Source of the DNA: an uncultured Gemmatimonadales bacterium
GTDB taxonomy: Bacteria; Gemmatimonadota; Gemmatimonadetes; Gemmatimonadales; Gemmatimonadaceae
Direction of reading: 5' to 3'
Length of the DNA: 64,000 nucleotides
Assembly (NCBI GenBank): GCA_963701965.1
Contig: OY969695.1
Span: 896,001 to 960,000 of the forward strand
Below are positions 51,977-61,961 of this stretch, piece by piece (within the stretch, counting starts at the first letter, position 1; every line of letters begins with the position of its first letter). Position numbers and translations under genes: made by a program. The notes under the pieces are model-generated. The model ran no database searches. It saw nothing but the letters and a program-made list of their open reading frames with translations, and was not told the origin of the DNA.

Positions 51977-52453
51977 GTGAGAGCGTGTCTGGTCGGGGCG
52001 TGGCTGCTCCTTGTGACCGTGCCTACTGCGTCCGCACAGCCCGATACCATGCGAGCACTCTGGATGCCCGCGTTCGATGATGGTCAGCAGGTCGACGACT
52101 CGACCCTGGTGTACGATGTTGGGAGCCTCGCTCAGACCCCCGACCGTGACGTGTTCGTCTTTCTCGCACGAGCGCCCGCGCCGAGACCCCGGTTCCCATG
52201 CATTCTGTACGGTGACTGCTCGCCGACGCTCGAAAAGAAGTACTGGGAGGAGATGGCTAGGCCCGAGTCCAATGCTCGCTTCGTGATCGAGTATGACTAC
52301 GTCAACTGTCACTCACTTTTCATGAAAGGGGGAAAGCAGTGGTTTGTGGACTCGGCTGGTCACATCCTAGCCACGAAGACCCGCGTTAAGCAGTGGATCC
52401 ATTTGCCATCGCTCGCGAAGCCAATCTGCCGCAAGATCCTTGATCCGCCGTAG
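51977..52453 (+). CDS. Exported hypothetical protein
   Basis: GTG start; signal peptide ending ASA-Q; Cys pair VNC...PIC. Confidence 0.5.
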   Translation: MRACLVGAWLLLVTVPTASAQPDTMRALWMPAFDDGQQVDDSTLVYDVGSLAQTPDRDVFVFLARAPAPRPRFPCILYGDCSPTLEKKYWEEMARPESNARFVIEYDYVNCHSLFMKGGKQWFVDSAGHILATKTRVKQWIHLPSLAKPICRKILDPP

Positions 52454-52811
52454 CGCGCCGATCAAGCCGCGGCCGCGGGTCGCCGACCTTCGCAAGACGC
52501 TAAGTATCCGTGTAGAGTGTTCGTGGAGAGCAGGCACCGCCGCGGGCGAGGTCCCGCGGGCGGCGACCTCACGCATGATCCCAAAAGTGCCTTCCCAGAA
52601 CGCCTATGAGGACGAGCAGCGTCCCAAGGACGCAAGCGATTCGTCGCGCATCGTCCGCACGGTGCCCGCGCCGTCGCTTTTTGTATCTGTCACGCTGATT
52701 CTCGCCGCACTGAACACGACGGGCATGTTCGCGTTACCTTCCTTCACACGAAGGATCGTGCACATGGTCTGTCCCGGCCTTCCGGCTGCGGTAACAGGGA
52801 GAAAGTAGCAC

Positions 52812-53534
52812 ATGGGCAAACCGCTAGATGTTGGGGGCGCGCAGGGTAACGACAGGCCAGTATCGCAGCGCGTTCTTGATGAATGGGTGGCGCTTCGCGA
52901 GCGAGGGGCGCTCATGCCGCTCCTGCCCTCGTGCCGCGATATCCGCCACCAGCGCAGTTATGGGCCAGTGAGCAGTGTCGGCTATGTCACTAAGGACTAC
53001 CACGTTCGGCGGTCTGTGGTTCTACCAAACGCGTGGCACGACGGAACCGTTGTTAGTATCGACCTGGTGGAGACCTACTGGTCGATCCGCACAGCCGGTG
53101 GCGTCCAGGATGTTGCATGGCCTCCTAGCCTCAACGTGCACGCCCTGTTGGTAACTGACAACGCGATCGATGCCGCGCTGATCGACCAGCTCTACCGGTC
53201 GGTCTTGGCCCTCCAGGCGGCCGTCGGTGCAGGCGGGATTGGAGAACTCACAACATCGGGCGTGGACGTGTCGTTCTATGTCCGCGGTGTGGTAATTGGA
53301 TCCGCCATCGCAGATATCGGGCATGTGATAGGCGCGCTGGCCCGGCACACTGATGTTCCGATTGCACTCGCTACTGCGACGTATTCGCCCGAGGATGGCA
53401 TCGTTATCCACGATACGGATGACGCGGAGCGCTACTTTCGCGTCGACCACCAATCCGCCATGGTCTACGGGCGGGATCTTGTCGGCAACGACGAGTTGGT
53501 CCGAACCCGTGGATTCTGGACCGTCGTGGAGTAG
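52812..53534 (+). CDS. Hypothetical protein
   Basis: 240-aa ORF with balanced composition; GGGAG upstream. Confidence 0.55.
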   Translation: MGKPLDVGGAQGNDRPVSQRVLDEWVALRERGALMPLLPSCRDIRHQRSYGPVSSVGYVTKDYHVRRSVVLPNAWHDGTVVSIDLVETYWSIRTAGGVQDVAWPPSLNVHALLVTDNAIDAALIDQLYRSVLALQAAVGAGGIGELTTSGVDVSFYVRGVVIGSAIADIGHVIGALARHTDVPIALATATYSPEDGIVIHDTDDAERYFRVDHQSAMVYGRDLVGNDELVRTRGFWTVVE

Positions 53535-53618
53535 AAATCGATCGTGGTACGCCGTACAGCACGCGGGCGGACTGGTCAACCCTCGCGTGCGACGTTGAAG
53601 CCAACAACCTGTGAATCA

Positions 53619-54233
53619 TTAGCGTGCAAGAGACCGAACAGCTGTGGCGGGAGCCGAATCGATATGGCAACTGTAACGGCCGGACTCCGGACGCCAGTCG
53701 TAGAATAGGCCCGCCTGTCCCGTGCTGACTGTAAGAGCGTCGCTTTCACGGATTCTCAGTGTCGACGTGTGCAGCTTAATTGGTTCCCGTCGACGGAAGA
53801 GTGTAGCAAATACATCGACGGTATAATCACCTTCCCGAAAGACAAATTCTGTTCCGTCAGGCGGAAGGAGGAAATGATGGTTGCAGGTTATTCCGCTCTC
53901 CGAAACGTGAAGCCCGCTGCCGCGCGCTAGCTCCCGCTCACCTAAGACCCAGACATTAAATGCTTGGACCGTGTCGCCGCACCTGAGACGAATGAACATG
54001 CTTTCGATGACGTTCCCTCGCTTTCCGCTGCTAAACAGCAGAGTGCGGAGATAAACCTTAGGCTGGAGCTTTGCCGCATCGCTTCTCGCGCTGCGATCAT
54101 AGCCGAAATGCACTAATGTCGGCTGCGTCATGTACACGTTGCCCCGTCGCCACATGGTGGCCCATGCGGTCACGAGTGATACAGCGAGTGCAATTGCTGA
54201 GAGTCCGACCGTAGCGATGTCTTTGACGTCCAC
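53619..54233 (-). CDS. Hypothetical protein with N-terminal TM
   Basis: 204-aa ORF, TM followed by a beta-rich domain. Confidence 0.65.
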   Translation of the reverse strand: MDVKDIATVGLSAIALAVSLVTAWATMWRRGNVYMTQPTLVHFGYDRSARSDAAKLQPKVYLRTLLFSSGKRGNVIESMFIRLRCGDTVQAFNVWVLGERELARGSGLHVSESGITCNHHFLLPPDGTEFVFREGDYTVDVFATLFRRREPIKLHTSTLRIRESDALTVSTGQAGLFYDWRPESGRYSCHIDSAPATAVRSLAR

Positions 54234-54503
54234 TCACCGCTCCTCAGCGACAATCGGTGCGTCCGGTTCTTCTGCGAAACGGTACGCCCTATTTCGGTAC
54301 TCGATGACGCCTCCATTCCGCTCTTCGATCGCGCCAACGACCCTCGCTCTTGCCTCGTCCTTCTTGTGTTGCGATGAGGATCGATAGCCGTTGTCGGCCA
54401 GCAGCGACCGGATGCTCAGGTTTCGCCAGATCTTGCCGTCGAAGATCGACGCGGTGAAGTAGCCAGCGGTTGGTGAGAGGCTTGGGGCCTGCGTGCTGTT
54501 CAT
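54234..54503 (-). CDS. Small hypothetical protein
   Basis: 89-aa ORF abutting the downstream gene. Confidence 0.4.
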   Translation of the reverse strand: MNSTQAPSLSPTAGYFTASIFDGKIWRNLSIRSLLADNGYRSSSQHKKDEARARVVGAIEERNGGVIEYRNRAYRFAEEPDAPIVAEER

Positions 54504-54596
54504 AGCCGTCGAACTATTGGGACCCGACCCTGTACATCGGACCCGATGGCGACTTCCACGAACGAATTCGTTATTTGCACCGACCTACCGCGCCCC

Positions 54597-54857
54597 CTAG
54601 TTCTTGCGCTGCTTGCGTGGTGCGTGGGGTTGCGACACCGTCGGATCGTCCGGCACGTACTCAATGACGTCGCCCGGTGTGACTTCGAGGATTTCGCACA
54701 CGCGATTGAGTAGGCTTGCACTAACGCGCCGAAAGCGGCCGTCCTTCGGAAATGCGGTGACTACCGAGTGCGGGTGCCTGTACCCCAGGAGCTTTCCGAA
54801 CCGGTAGAGAGTCATCCCTTTCGCTGCCAGGACATCCCGCACCCGCCACCGCACCAT
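54597..54857 (-). CDS. Cro/C1-type HTH (HTH_26-like) regulator
   Basis: RVRDVLAAKGMTLYRFGKLLG...LNRVCEILEVTPGDVIEYVPD. Confidence 0.85.
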   Translation of the reverse strand: MVRWRVRDVLAAKGMTLYRFGKLLGYRHPHSVVTAFPKDGRFRRVSASLLNRVCEILEVTPGDVIEYVPDDPTVSQPHAPRKQRKN

Positions 54858-54915
54858 GCGCCGTTCTCCGGATGAGATTGTCTTCCCCGGAGGCGGAATC
54901 TCAGCGGATCGCGAG

Positions 54916-54960
54916 CGTTGACAATAAGTACTCTGTCAACGTATATACTCTGTCAGAGTA
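54916..54960. promoter_or_regulatory. Divergent promoter/operator region
   Basis: CGTTGACA-N10-TGTCAACG; two copies of TACTCTGTCA; TACTCTG-T-CAGAGTA; TTGACA followed by TATATACT. Confidence 0.7.
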
Positions 54961-55098
54961 CTGCTCAACGAGATTCTGACCGTGTCTATGCCATATCTAG
55001 AGCGGAAAACCGAGGGCGCCCCTGGGGCGGCGCGCGGACGTCCAATGCGATCGACTGTCGTTTCGCGGCATCGGAGCCGAGCCTAGTGAGCGCCGCTG

Positions 55099-55383
55099 AT
55101 GCCGCTTAAGAGCCGAGAGTATTGGCGCCTAATGACCATGGTTGAAGAACTGGCCGAGCAAGGGGACCCCTGGGAAGAAGGCAACCGGGCGCTCGTGGGC
55201 TGGCTCTGGAAGCTGCATATGAGCGGACGGCGGCTCGCCGAACGTACAGCCGCGTTGATCGCGCGCGAAGATCGACGACAGAAGCTGTTCCTCGGGCGCG
55301 TGGATCGCTGGCGCGGATCAGGGTCGGCGGTCGCTGGCGGCTCTAACGGTCAGAAGAAAAAAGTCTTGGTGATCCCTAGCTAG
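55099..55383 (+). CDS. Hypothetical protein
   Basis: 94-aa ORF downstream of the promoter region. Confidence 0.45.
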   Translation: MPLKSREYWRLMTMVEELAEQGDPWEEGNRALVGWLWKLHMSGRRLAERTAALIAREDRRQKLFLGRVDRWRGSGSAVAGGSNGQKKKVLVIPS

Positions 55384-55425
55384 GGATTCGCGTTGTGGTC
55401 ACAACGTATCGCCGGAGATCGAAGG

Positions 55426-55635
55426 ATGACGCCCCTAGAGCGCAAAGCAGCGTTCAAGGCCACAGTAACAATGCTAGAGACGACGGGTGCGAAAGCGGTC
55501 AAGCAACTCGGCGTCTCCTACAATCACCTCAGTTTGGTGCTGCAGGGCAAGCGCGTCGGGTCGAAGCGGCTGCGAATGGCATTTGCGAAATTCATTGATC
55601 GTCCTGAGCGCGACGTTTTCGGTTCGACCCGCTGA
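55426..55635 (+). CDS. Cro-like HTH protein, paralog of 47801-48406
   Basis: TGAKAVKQLGVSYNHLSLVLQGKRVGS..LR..FAKFIDRPERDVF. Confidence 0.8.
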   Translation: MTPLERKAAFKATVTMLETTGAKAVKQLGVSYNHLSLVLQGKRVGSKRLRMAFAKFIDRPERDVFGSTR

Positions 55636-55649
55636 GTGAATCCCGACCA

Positions 55650-56141
55650 ATGTTGCCCGAGGAGCCCCCGTTTTGGGATGCCTTCTTCGCAAGGGCCGAC
55701 CACGCGCTACTAGGTCTGGTTACTGCCGCAGCCACCACCATGTTCCTGCTGAGCATGTGGGTGGCCACAAGCTGGCTTGTCGACGCGGGCCACGACGGTG
55801 CTGCACTTCTGCTGTTTGGATTTTACGTCATGGTTTCCTGGCCGATCTTCCTGATCCAATTCGCTCTCCTGGGCGATCCTCTTTTCGTCCTGTTGACTGG
55901 CCGTGCCGTAGTCGTCCCCGCACTTGAGGCAATCGCCCAGGGGCCGACGGAGAGCGGTCCTGTACGGGCGTTGGTCGCTTTTCTAAGCGCGGTTTCGCCT
56001 TTGGCTCCGCTATCGCTGTGGGCTTGGAGTGTCGCAGCGCCCACGTGGCGCGCCGGTCGCCTAGCACGGACGAAGTACCGCGTTGAAGCGGTCATCACAG
56101 TCGCCGTGATTAGAAAACTGCTTCGGCTCAACCCTTCCTGA
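55650..56141 (+). CDS. Hypothetical membrane protein
   Basis: Three to four TM segments. Confidence 0.5.
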   Translation: MLPEEPPFWDAFFARADHALLGLVTAAATTMFLLSMWVATSWLVDAGHDGAALLLFGFYVMVSWPIFLIQFALLGDPLFVLLTGRAVVVPALEAIAQGPTESGPVRALVAFLSAVSPLAPLSLWAWSVAAPTWRAGRLARTKYRVEAVITVAVIRKLLRLNPS

Positions 56142-56176
56142 GTCCACCGCAAACCGAACACTGCGTGGAGGGTCGG

Positions 56177-56425
56177 ATGGAACCCGATATCGAGTTTTTG
56201 TCCTTGCTGATTGCTGCCGCTGCGACGAGCCTCGCCAGCGGTCGAGCCTTCCATGTGCTGGTGTGCGGTCCGCCCGTCGGTCTGATCCCGTGGGTCGTGG
56301 TGGTCCACTTCGTCCTCGGACAGCTCGCCGCCATGCTCGTCGGCCTCTATGCGCTCTGGCTAGAGTGGGACCACATTTGGGCGACCCTTGGGACTCTCTG
56401 GAGCCTGTTGCGCGGGCGGGATTGA
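56177..56425 (+). CDS. Small membrane protein
   Basis: SD GGAGG; two hydrophobic segments. Confidence 0.45.
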   Translation: MEPDIEFLSLLIAAAATSLASGRAFHVLVCGPPVGLIPWVVVVHFVLGQLAAMLVGLYALWLEWDHIWATLGTLWSLLRGRD

Positions 56426-56428
56426 CGC

Positions 56429-56752
56429 GTGCCGGCCCCACCGAATGACGAACCAGCGGTCATGAGATCCCTCAGTACGCGGGTCGCTGGTCCGACCATC
56501 GCGTCGTTGGCGCTGCGTGAGCTGCGTGGTCGCGAAGGATATTCCCAGGAACGACTGGCGGCGAAAGCACACGTGGCACGGGCATACGTCTCGCGCCTGG
56601 AGCGCGGCCTATTCAGTCCGACGTTCCGCATGCTAGCTAAGCTGCTCGCGGCAATGGGCCTTTCGTGGACGGCGTTCGGGGAGGTGGTTGACCGAACGAT
56701 CGAGCGGTTCCCGGCGAGCGAGCTGAAAGACTCGAAGCGACGTCGTGCGTGA
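56429..56752 (+). CDS. XRE-family regulator
   Basis: LRELRGREGYSQERLAAKAHVARAYVSRLERGLFSPT. Confidence 0.9.
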   Translation: MPAPPNDEPAVMRSLSTRVAGPTIASLALRELRGREGYSQERLAAKAHVARAYVSRLERGLFSPTFRMLAKLLAAMGLSWTAFGEVVDRTIERFPASELKDSKRRRA

Positions 56753-56969
56753 CGCGATCAGCGTCACCGCCGGCGCGGAACTGGAAGGCCACGGCCGCGC
56801 AGCCGCGCGGGCGCGAACGTCTCAATACCGGCCGTCGCCACCCGGGCGCGCCGCGCACCGCGGGGTTGCCCGCCCGAACGGACCCCCAGCCGCATGGCAA
56901 GGACGAATGGGTATGTATGGCATGTCGGACGCCGTTCCGGGACAGCTCGTGGGTTCGCAACTCCAGCGG

Positions 56970-57416
56970 CTACGGCGATTCCGAGTCGTAGTATCCCTCA
57001 ATCCCCCAACGGACAACATCCTCGATCAGTGCCCGCTCCTCGGACCATTCCAACGAATCGGCTTTGTCTATTGGCAACAACTCCTTCACGATCACCACCA
57101 TGCCTTCGGGCGGCGTGCCACGCACGCGTTCAGCGTGCGCGAGCTGCGCAACAAGCCCACGCAACTCGCTGCGCTCGCTGCTGGTGTCATGGAGGAATGC
57201 TTCTGACCAGGTCACTTGCCTGGCGCTGTCGCGCACCAACACCGGCGCACCGTGCGACCTCGCCGCGCAAATGGCGGCAACCAGGCGCGTCAAGACTAGG
57301 CGGGCTGCACTCACGAGCTGAGTGTCCGAATTGCGGCGGCCCCAAACCGTTTCGGTGGTCTCGCACCTGCGTCGATTGGGACGGTTGTATCCCGGCACCT
57401 CAACAAACTGCGCCAT
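56970..57416 (-). CDS. Hypothetical helical protein
   Basis: C-terminal LAHAERVRGTPPEGMVVIVKELL...VVRWGIEGYY; start uncertain. Confidence 0.55.
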   Translation of the reverse strand: MAQFVEVPGYNRPNRRRCETTETVWGRRNSDTQLVSAARLVLTRLVAAICAARSHGAPVLVRDSARQVTWSEAFLHDTSSERSELRGLVAQLAHAERVRGTPPEGMVVIVKELLPIDKADSLEWSEERALIEDVVRWGIEGYYDSESP

Positions 57417-57882
57417 GGTAGCCCCGCGAGAGATTTTTACACTTAAGTGGGTGGCCACGCGGATGTCAACATCCACAGCTCGGCCTCTGGCTATTGAGAG
57501 CGAAGGGGCAAGCTCCTGCCTTATTCCGCCGCGCGTTCCAGTCTTTCGGGACCTTGTACCAGCAGTCACTGTCCTGGCGCGGATGTGACGACTGAGAGGT
57601 GGACCCGGCCGGGTGGATCTTCTTCGATCCGGCTGGAATGGTGATTTCTTGGAACGAAGGCGCGCGGTAGACGGTGGCTCATTCGACCGCGGATGTGGCG
57701 ATCCCCGCTGTGAGACAGCGGACATTACCGCTTACCGGTCCGTATCGAACGGGGAGGCCGGTTTTCCGCGACGGATCCCTTGGCTTGCGTCGGCCGGAGC
57801 TTGCACATTGGGTCCTGCGGATCGGGTCGAGGCGTGGGGTTACTTAGGTAGGAGAGCCACGGGATCACGGCTTTCCCCCTGT

Positions 57883-57980
57883 GCGAGCTAGTAGAGAGAT
57901 GCCTCCTCCGCAAACCGCCGCGGAGTTGCCTCTCTCTACGCTCGCCCCCATTCGCGCCTTGCGGCGCTCAAGGGGGACTA
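57883..57980. other. Candidate oriT region
   Basis: Nested inverted repeats GCGAGC-TA-GTAGAGAGA...TCTCTCTAC-GCTCGC with inner CTCCGC/GCGGAG, directly upstream of mobC. Confidence 0.5.
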
Positions 57981-57996
57981 CAACCCGCAATGGACC

Positions 57997-58326
57997 ATGC
58001 GCCGGACGTACCGCGTCGTCATCCGCTACCACGCCACCGAGCTGGAGTCCGTGCAAGAGCGCGCCAGAGTGTGCGGCTGTCCGCTGGCGCGGTATGTCCG
58101 CGAAGCCTCCCTCGGTGCCGTCCTGCGGGAGCGCCGTCACCGCGCGACGGATGAGGTGATCCGCCATCTCGCGCGCATCGGGAACAACCTTAATCAGCTT
58201 GCGCGCGAAGCGAACGCACGAGATCGGTACCCGATGGAGGCCCGGATAGACGCAACCATTGACGAGCTCCGCGGGGCGATCCACGGCATCACGACGACGG
58301 ATGCCAGCCAGGGAACCCCAGAGTGA
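57997..58326 (+). CDS. mobC: Mobilization relaxosome protein MobC
   Basis: RHH N-terminus; LARIGNNLNQLAR. Confidence 0.93.
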   Translation: MRRTYRVVIRYHATELESVQERARVCGCPLARYVREASLGAVLRERRHRATDEVIRHLARIGNNLNQLAREANARDRYPMEARIDATIDELRGAIHGITTTDASQGTPE

Positions 58327-59891
58327 TTGCCGTGGCAAGGAGCGGGCGCCGCTTTGCGGGCCTCACCCGGTATCTAGAGCGGGGACGGGATGGCACGAAT
58401 CCCGATCGAGTGGCCTGGACCACGACCCGTAACCTGATCGTCGACGAGCCGCTTGTCGCCGCGCGCGTCATGCAAGCAACGGCCGCCGAGAATGCCCGCG
58501 TCACGCATCCTGTCTACCACGTCGCCGTCTCATTTCATCCTGACGACGTGGTCGATCGTCAGACCATGGAGCGGGTCGCCGACTATCTGCTGCGTGAGCT
58601 GGGCCTCGCAGGGCACCAGACGCTTATCGTTGCGCACCGCGATCGGTCACACGCCCACATGCACATTGTCGTGAACCGCATCCATCCCGAGACCGGCAAG
58701 GCATGGGATAGGTGGCAAGACCGGGTGACGACACAGCGTGTCTTGCGTGAGGAAGAACGCGCCCTCGGCCTGCGAGAGGTTCGCGGCCGACTCCATCAGT
58801 TGCCTGGTCAGGACGTGCCGGAGCGTACCGCCGCAAGCCGCGGAGAGCACCGGACGACGGAACGCACAGGGGAGGCGCCATTGGTCGCGCGTCTCCGCGA
58901 GCGCCTGCCGTACTACCGCGCCGCAGGCACCTGGGGCGAACTGGAGACCCGGCTGGCCGCTAACGGCTTGCGGCTCGAACGAAAGGGACAGGGGCTGGTC
59001 ATCACCGATGGCGAACACGAAGTGAAGGCTTCGCGAATCGGACGAGACTTTTCGTTCGCGCGCCTCCAGGAACGTCTCGGCCCGTACGAGCGTCGCACGC
59101 CGGAGCGCCCCGTCGTCGCGCCCGCCGGCCCGCATACCGGCATGGGGACAGAGCACGCGATGTCCCTCCCTGACCCGGTCGCCGAAGCGCTATCCCGGAC
59201 GCGGGGGGCCGAACGGGCCGCAGAACTCGACCGTGCCATCGCGCGAGCCAAGCATGACGCGGAGGCGGCTGAGAAGTACCTCGCCGGCGTCACCTGGGCA
59301 GAGGCGCGGGCCACGGCCGCCGCGGCCGAGTTTGATCGCGCTCTCGGAAAACTCTACGTTCGCCCCGACGATGCCCGCGAGCTGTTCGACTCGGCGGTGA
59401 AAGCATCGGGCCGAGACGCCGCCGCCCGCGATTTGGCCGAGAACCCGCGCGCGTACGGGCCGCTGCGCCGGCAAGAACGCACTATCATCGGTGTGCTCCG
59501 AGTCGCTGACGATCGCCGGGGCGAGGCCCGAGCAGCGCAAGCGGCCCGTGCGGGGCGTGACGCGGCCCTCGCCGCGGACCGGCTGCGCGCACGTATCTGG
59601 AATGCGCCACCTGCCATGCCGCGCCCGAACGAGACCTGTACAAACGCGCACGTGCACGCCTTGACGCATGGTGCTAGTCGGCTGCGTTGGGCGGAGCGTC
59701 GAAGAACGAGTCTCAAGTCGAAGCGCATGGAATTCGCGTCTGCAGCGACGCTCGGACACCAGCTAGCTCACGTAGCTCGAGTGTTGACACCGAGCGATCT
59801 ACGGCGCGCTACGCTTTGGCTGACTGCTCCACAGATGGCATTGGTCAATTCCGCCAACAGCATCATCCGTCAAATTGCAATCGGCAGATAA
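58323..59891 (+). CDS. MOB_P-type relaxase
   Basis: LTRYLE (catalytic Tyr), VYHVAVSFHPDD, HRDRSHAHMHIVVNRIHP (HUH). Confidence 0.93.
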   Translation: MIAVARSGRRFAGLTRYLERGRDGTNPDRVAWTTTRNLIVDEPLVAARVMQATAAENARVTHPVYHVAVSFHPDDVVDRQTMERVADYLLRELGLAGHQTLIVAHRDRSHAHMHIVVNRIHPETGKAWDRWQDRVTTQRVLREEERALGLREVRGRLHQLPGQDVPERTAASRGEHRTTERTGEAPLVARLRERLPYYRAAGTWGELETRLAANGLRLERKGQGLVITDGEHEVKASRIGRDFSFARLQERLGPYERRTPERPVVAPAGPHTGMGTEHAMSLPDPVAEALSRTRGAERAAELDRAIARAKHDAEAAEKYLAGVTWAEARATAAAAEFDRALGKLYVRPDDARELFDSAVKASGRDAAARDLAENPRAYGPLRRQERTIIGVLRVADDRRGEARAAQAARAGRDAALAADRLRARIWNAPPAMPRPNETCTNAHVHALTHGASRLRWAERRRTSLKSKRMEFASAATLGHQLAHVARVLTPSDLRRATLWLTAPQMALVNSANSIIRQIAIGR

Positions 59892-59984
59892 AGACCTTAA
59901 GACTGTCGTCCCGGTCTTACTCGCATCGACGCGGTCGCGGTCGGGCAGAACAATATTTAGTTGAGTGGCATGCAGGCGAGATGG

Positions 59985-60764
59985 TCAGACCTGCCGTCGT
60001 GACCACACGGCTTTCGCAGTCGCTCGCACTTGGTCTAGCGAGCAAGGACCGAGGCTCCGAATCCATTCAATCATTGAACGGGTATGCTCACTGAGTCGAC
60101 TCTGAGAAATCTGCACATAGTACGCCCCTTGAGGACCGTATCGCCCTGTGTCCGTACGGATGCGATTCCACACCCGCATCCTGCGTCGTCGCTCTGCGCG
60201 CTCGGTTGCGTCCAACCCGTCATCATCGACATCCTCTTCGACGCAGTCGTCGATCTCCCCTCGATCAACCTCATCCTCCTGTCGCCAGATGGCAGCGCAC
60301 AAGGACCATTGATGAGGGTGGAAGCTCAGGTCGCGGGTCCCTTTATGCGCGAGACGTTCCAATATTGACCGGCCGCGTTCACTGAACAGTGACGGCTCAA
60401 CGCGTGCGATCAGCAACAGCGTGTCGTGCGGGTAGTTGTAAAGATCGGCCGCACGCACGTGGATCATTACGTCTACGGCTTCGGCGGCGAGAATCGCCGC
60501 ATCGCGCCATTCGTCATGTTCAGGTTCGTGGTAATCGCGCCCATCGACTTCAAAGCCAATACGACGGTCATCCACACGCACGACGTAGTCAATCACGAAC
60601 GGTCCACACAAAGTGTCAACCGGCTCGTGGTCCACATAGCTGACGCCGGATTGCAGTACCTTCGTGATATGATGTAGGAACCGTTCCTCTGCCGGACTAT
60701 CAAATGGGCCAGTCGGCATTGGACTGAGCGGCGTTGGACCGAACAAATCGAAAAGACCGCTCAC
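59985..60764 (-). CDS. DUF559/Vsr-like PD-(D/E)XK endonuclease domain protein
   Basis: DSPAEERF, IDYVV...IGFEVDGRDYH, DEWRDA. Confidence 0.7.
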   Translation of the reverse strand: MSGLFDLFGPTPLSPMPTGPFDSPAEERFLHHITKVLQSGVSYVDHEPVDTLCGPFVIDYVVRVDDRRIGFEVDGRDYHEPEHDEWRDAAILAAEAVDVMIHVRAADLYNYPHDTLLLIARVEPSLFSERGRSILERLAHKGTRDLSFHPHQWSLCAAIWRQEDEVDRGEIDDCVEEDVDDDGLDATERAERRRRMRVWNRIRTDTGRYGPQGAYYVQISQSRLSEHTRSMIEWIRSLGPCSLDQVRATAKAVWSRRQV

Positions 60765-60810
60765 GACTGACGGCTCGTGTAAGTGTCCAGATGGTTCATG
60801 ACAGTCGGCG

Positions 60811-61275
60811 TTATGCGGCCATCGGCAGTTCGTCGTGGTGCTGCCAGTAGAACATTCGCGTTTCGCCGATCACATTGCCGAGCGTCGGCCAGTCTCCATC
60901 AGTGGAGCTTTCAATCGTCCCCGAATCGTCCGGCACGTTCCACTGGTACGTGTGGCGGTGATGCTGCGGCCGATGCTGGTGAGGACTGTCGTACCGAAAG
61001 ACATTGCCGAACGTCGCGATCGAGACGTTGTAGCTGTACGTGAACGTCTGAACCATGAATCGACTCCCTTGGCGCCAAACGTCCAAGCTCTTACCGACAT
61101 CGATCTGCAACCCACCAAGGCAGCGGATTGTGCCGCTGATGTACAGGTAACCGGCGTACGGCGAGGAGGTCAGATCATCAGCCAGAACGAATCCAACATC
61201 AACAAACTGGCCCATGACGGTGGTGTGTGTCTCGACGTAGTTGGTCCACGAATTAGGGCTGTGTTTGTCTCCCAT
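60811..61275 (-). CDS. DUF6516/TumE-like toxin
   Basis: YSYN...FRYDSPHQH...HHRH...PTLGNVIGE. Confidence 0.7.
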   Translation of the reverse strand: MGDKHSPNSWTNYVETHTTVMGQFVDVGFVLADDLTSSPYAGYLYISGTIRCLGGLQIDVGKSLDVWRQGSRFMVQTFTYSYNVSIATFGNVFRYDSPHQHRPQHHRHTYQWNVPDDSGTIESSTDGDWPTLGNVIGETRMFYWQHHDELPMAA

Positions 61276-61564
61276 GTTCCCGTACCGAGATAAGGAAAAG
61301 CCAGCGCGATATATCCACGGTTTCCGATACTTGGCCCGTCTCCAACCTTTGTGTCAGTTCCTCGCAGGTCATTTTGTAGAGGAACTCGTATCTGCGGATG
61401 GCCTCGGCCACTGCGCGGTCGGGCACCTCACCGGCCGCCATTGCTTCCGCCGCTGACTGCTCCAACGCGGCGAGACGATCGTCCTTCGCCGCGCGTATGT
61501 CAGCGGTCCGTAAACTCCGAGCTTCCTTCTCCGCCGAGTCCGAATCGCGCATGATGTCGATCAT
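61253..61564 (-). CDS. TumA-like antitoxin
   Basis: IRRYEFLYKMTCEELTQRL..G...DISRW; overlaps toxin start; start uncertain. Confidence 0.6.
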   Translation of the reverse strand: MIDIMRDSDSAEKEARSLRTADIRAAKDDRLAALEQSAAEAMAAGEVPDRAVAEAIRRYEFLYKMTCEELTQRLETGQVSETVDISRWLFLISVREHGRQTQP

Positions 61565-61758
61565 GAAACAATACATCAGTTTGGTTCCCATAACAACTGA
61601 TAGAGGAGTAAAAGGAGCATACACTGTCCAAGGGACACCACGCTCGGACGCCCTGGCAGATCCAGCGCCTGCAAATCGCGTCGATCACCTGCATGTGCCC
61701 GGGACCCTGCCGGCGACTCAAACAGACAAGAAGACGATGGCGTCTATGTTGTGCGCGT

Positions 61759-61938
61759 ATGCCCGAGACGCCTAAGGCACCTGAACTCCGCGACCAGCGG
61801 CTGGTTATACGGCTGAGTCGGGCTGAGAAGAAGCGCATCGAGGACGCGGCCTGGGAAGACCGCTCCGACATGAGCAAATGGGCTCGCGACCTGCTCCTGG
61901 CCGAGGTTCATAAGCGAGAGCAGCGGAAGAAGAAGTAA
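61759..61938 (+). CDS. Ribbon-helix-helix DNA-binding protein
   Basis: RDQRLVIRLSRAEKKRIEDAA...MSKWARDLLL. Confidence 0.75.
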   Translation: MPETPKAPELRDQRLVIRLSRAEKKRIEDAAWEDRSDMSKWARDLLLAEVHKREQRKKK

Positions 61939-61961
61939 CTCCCGCTCCGGAGAACCAGACC

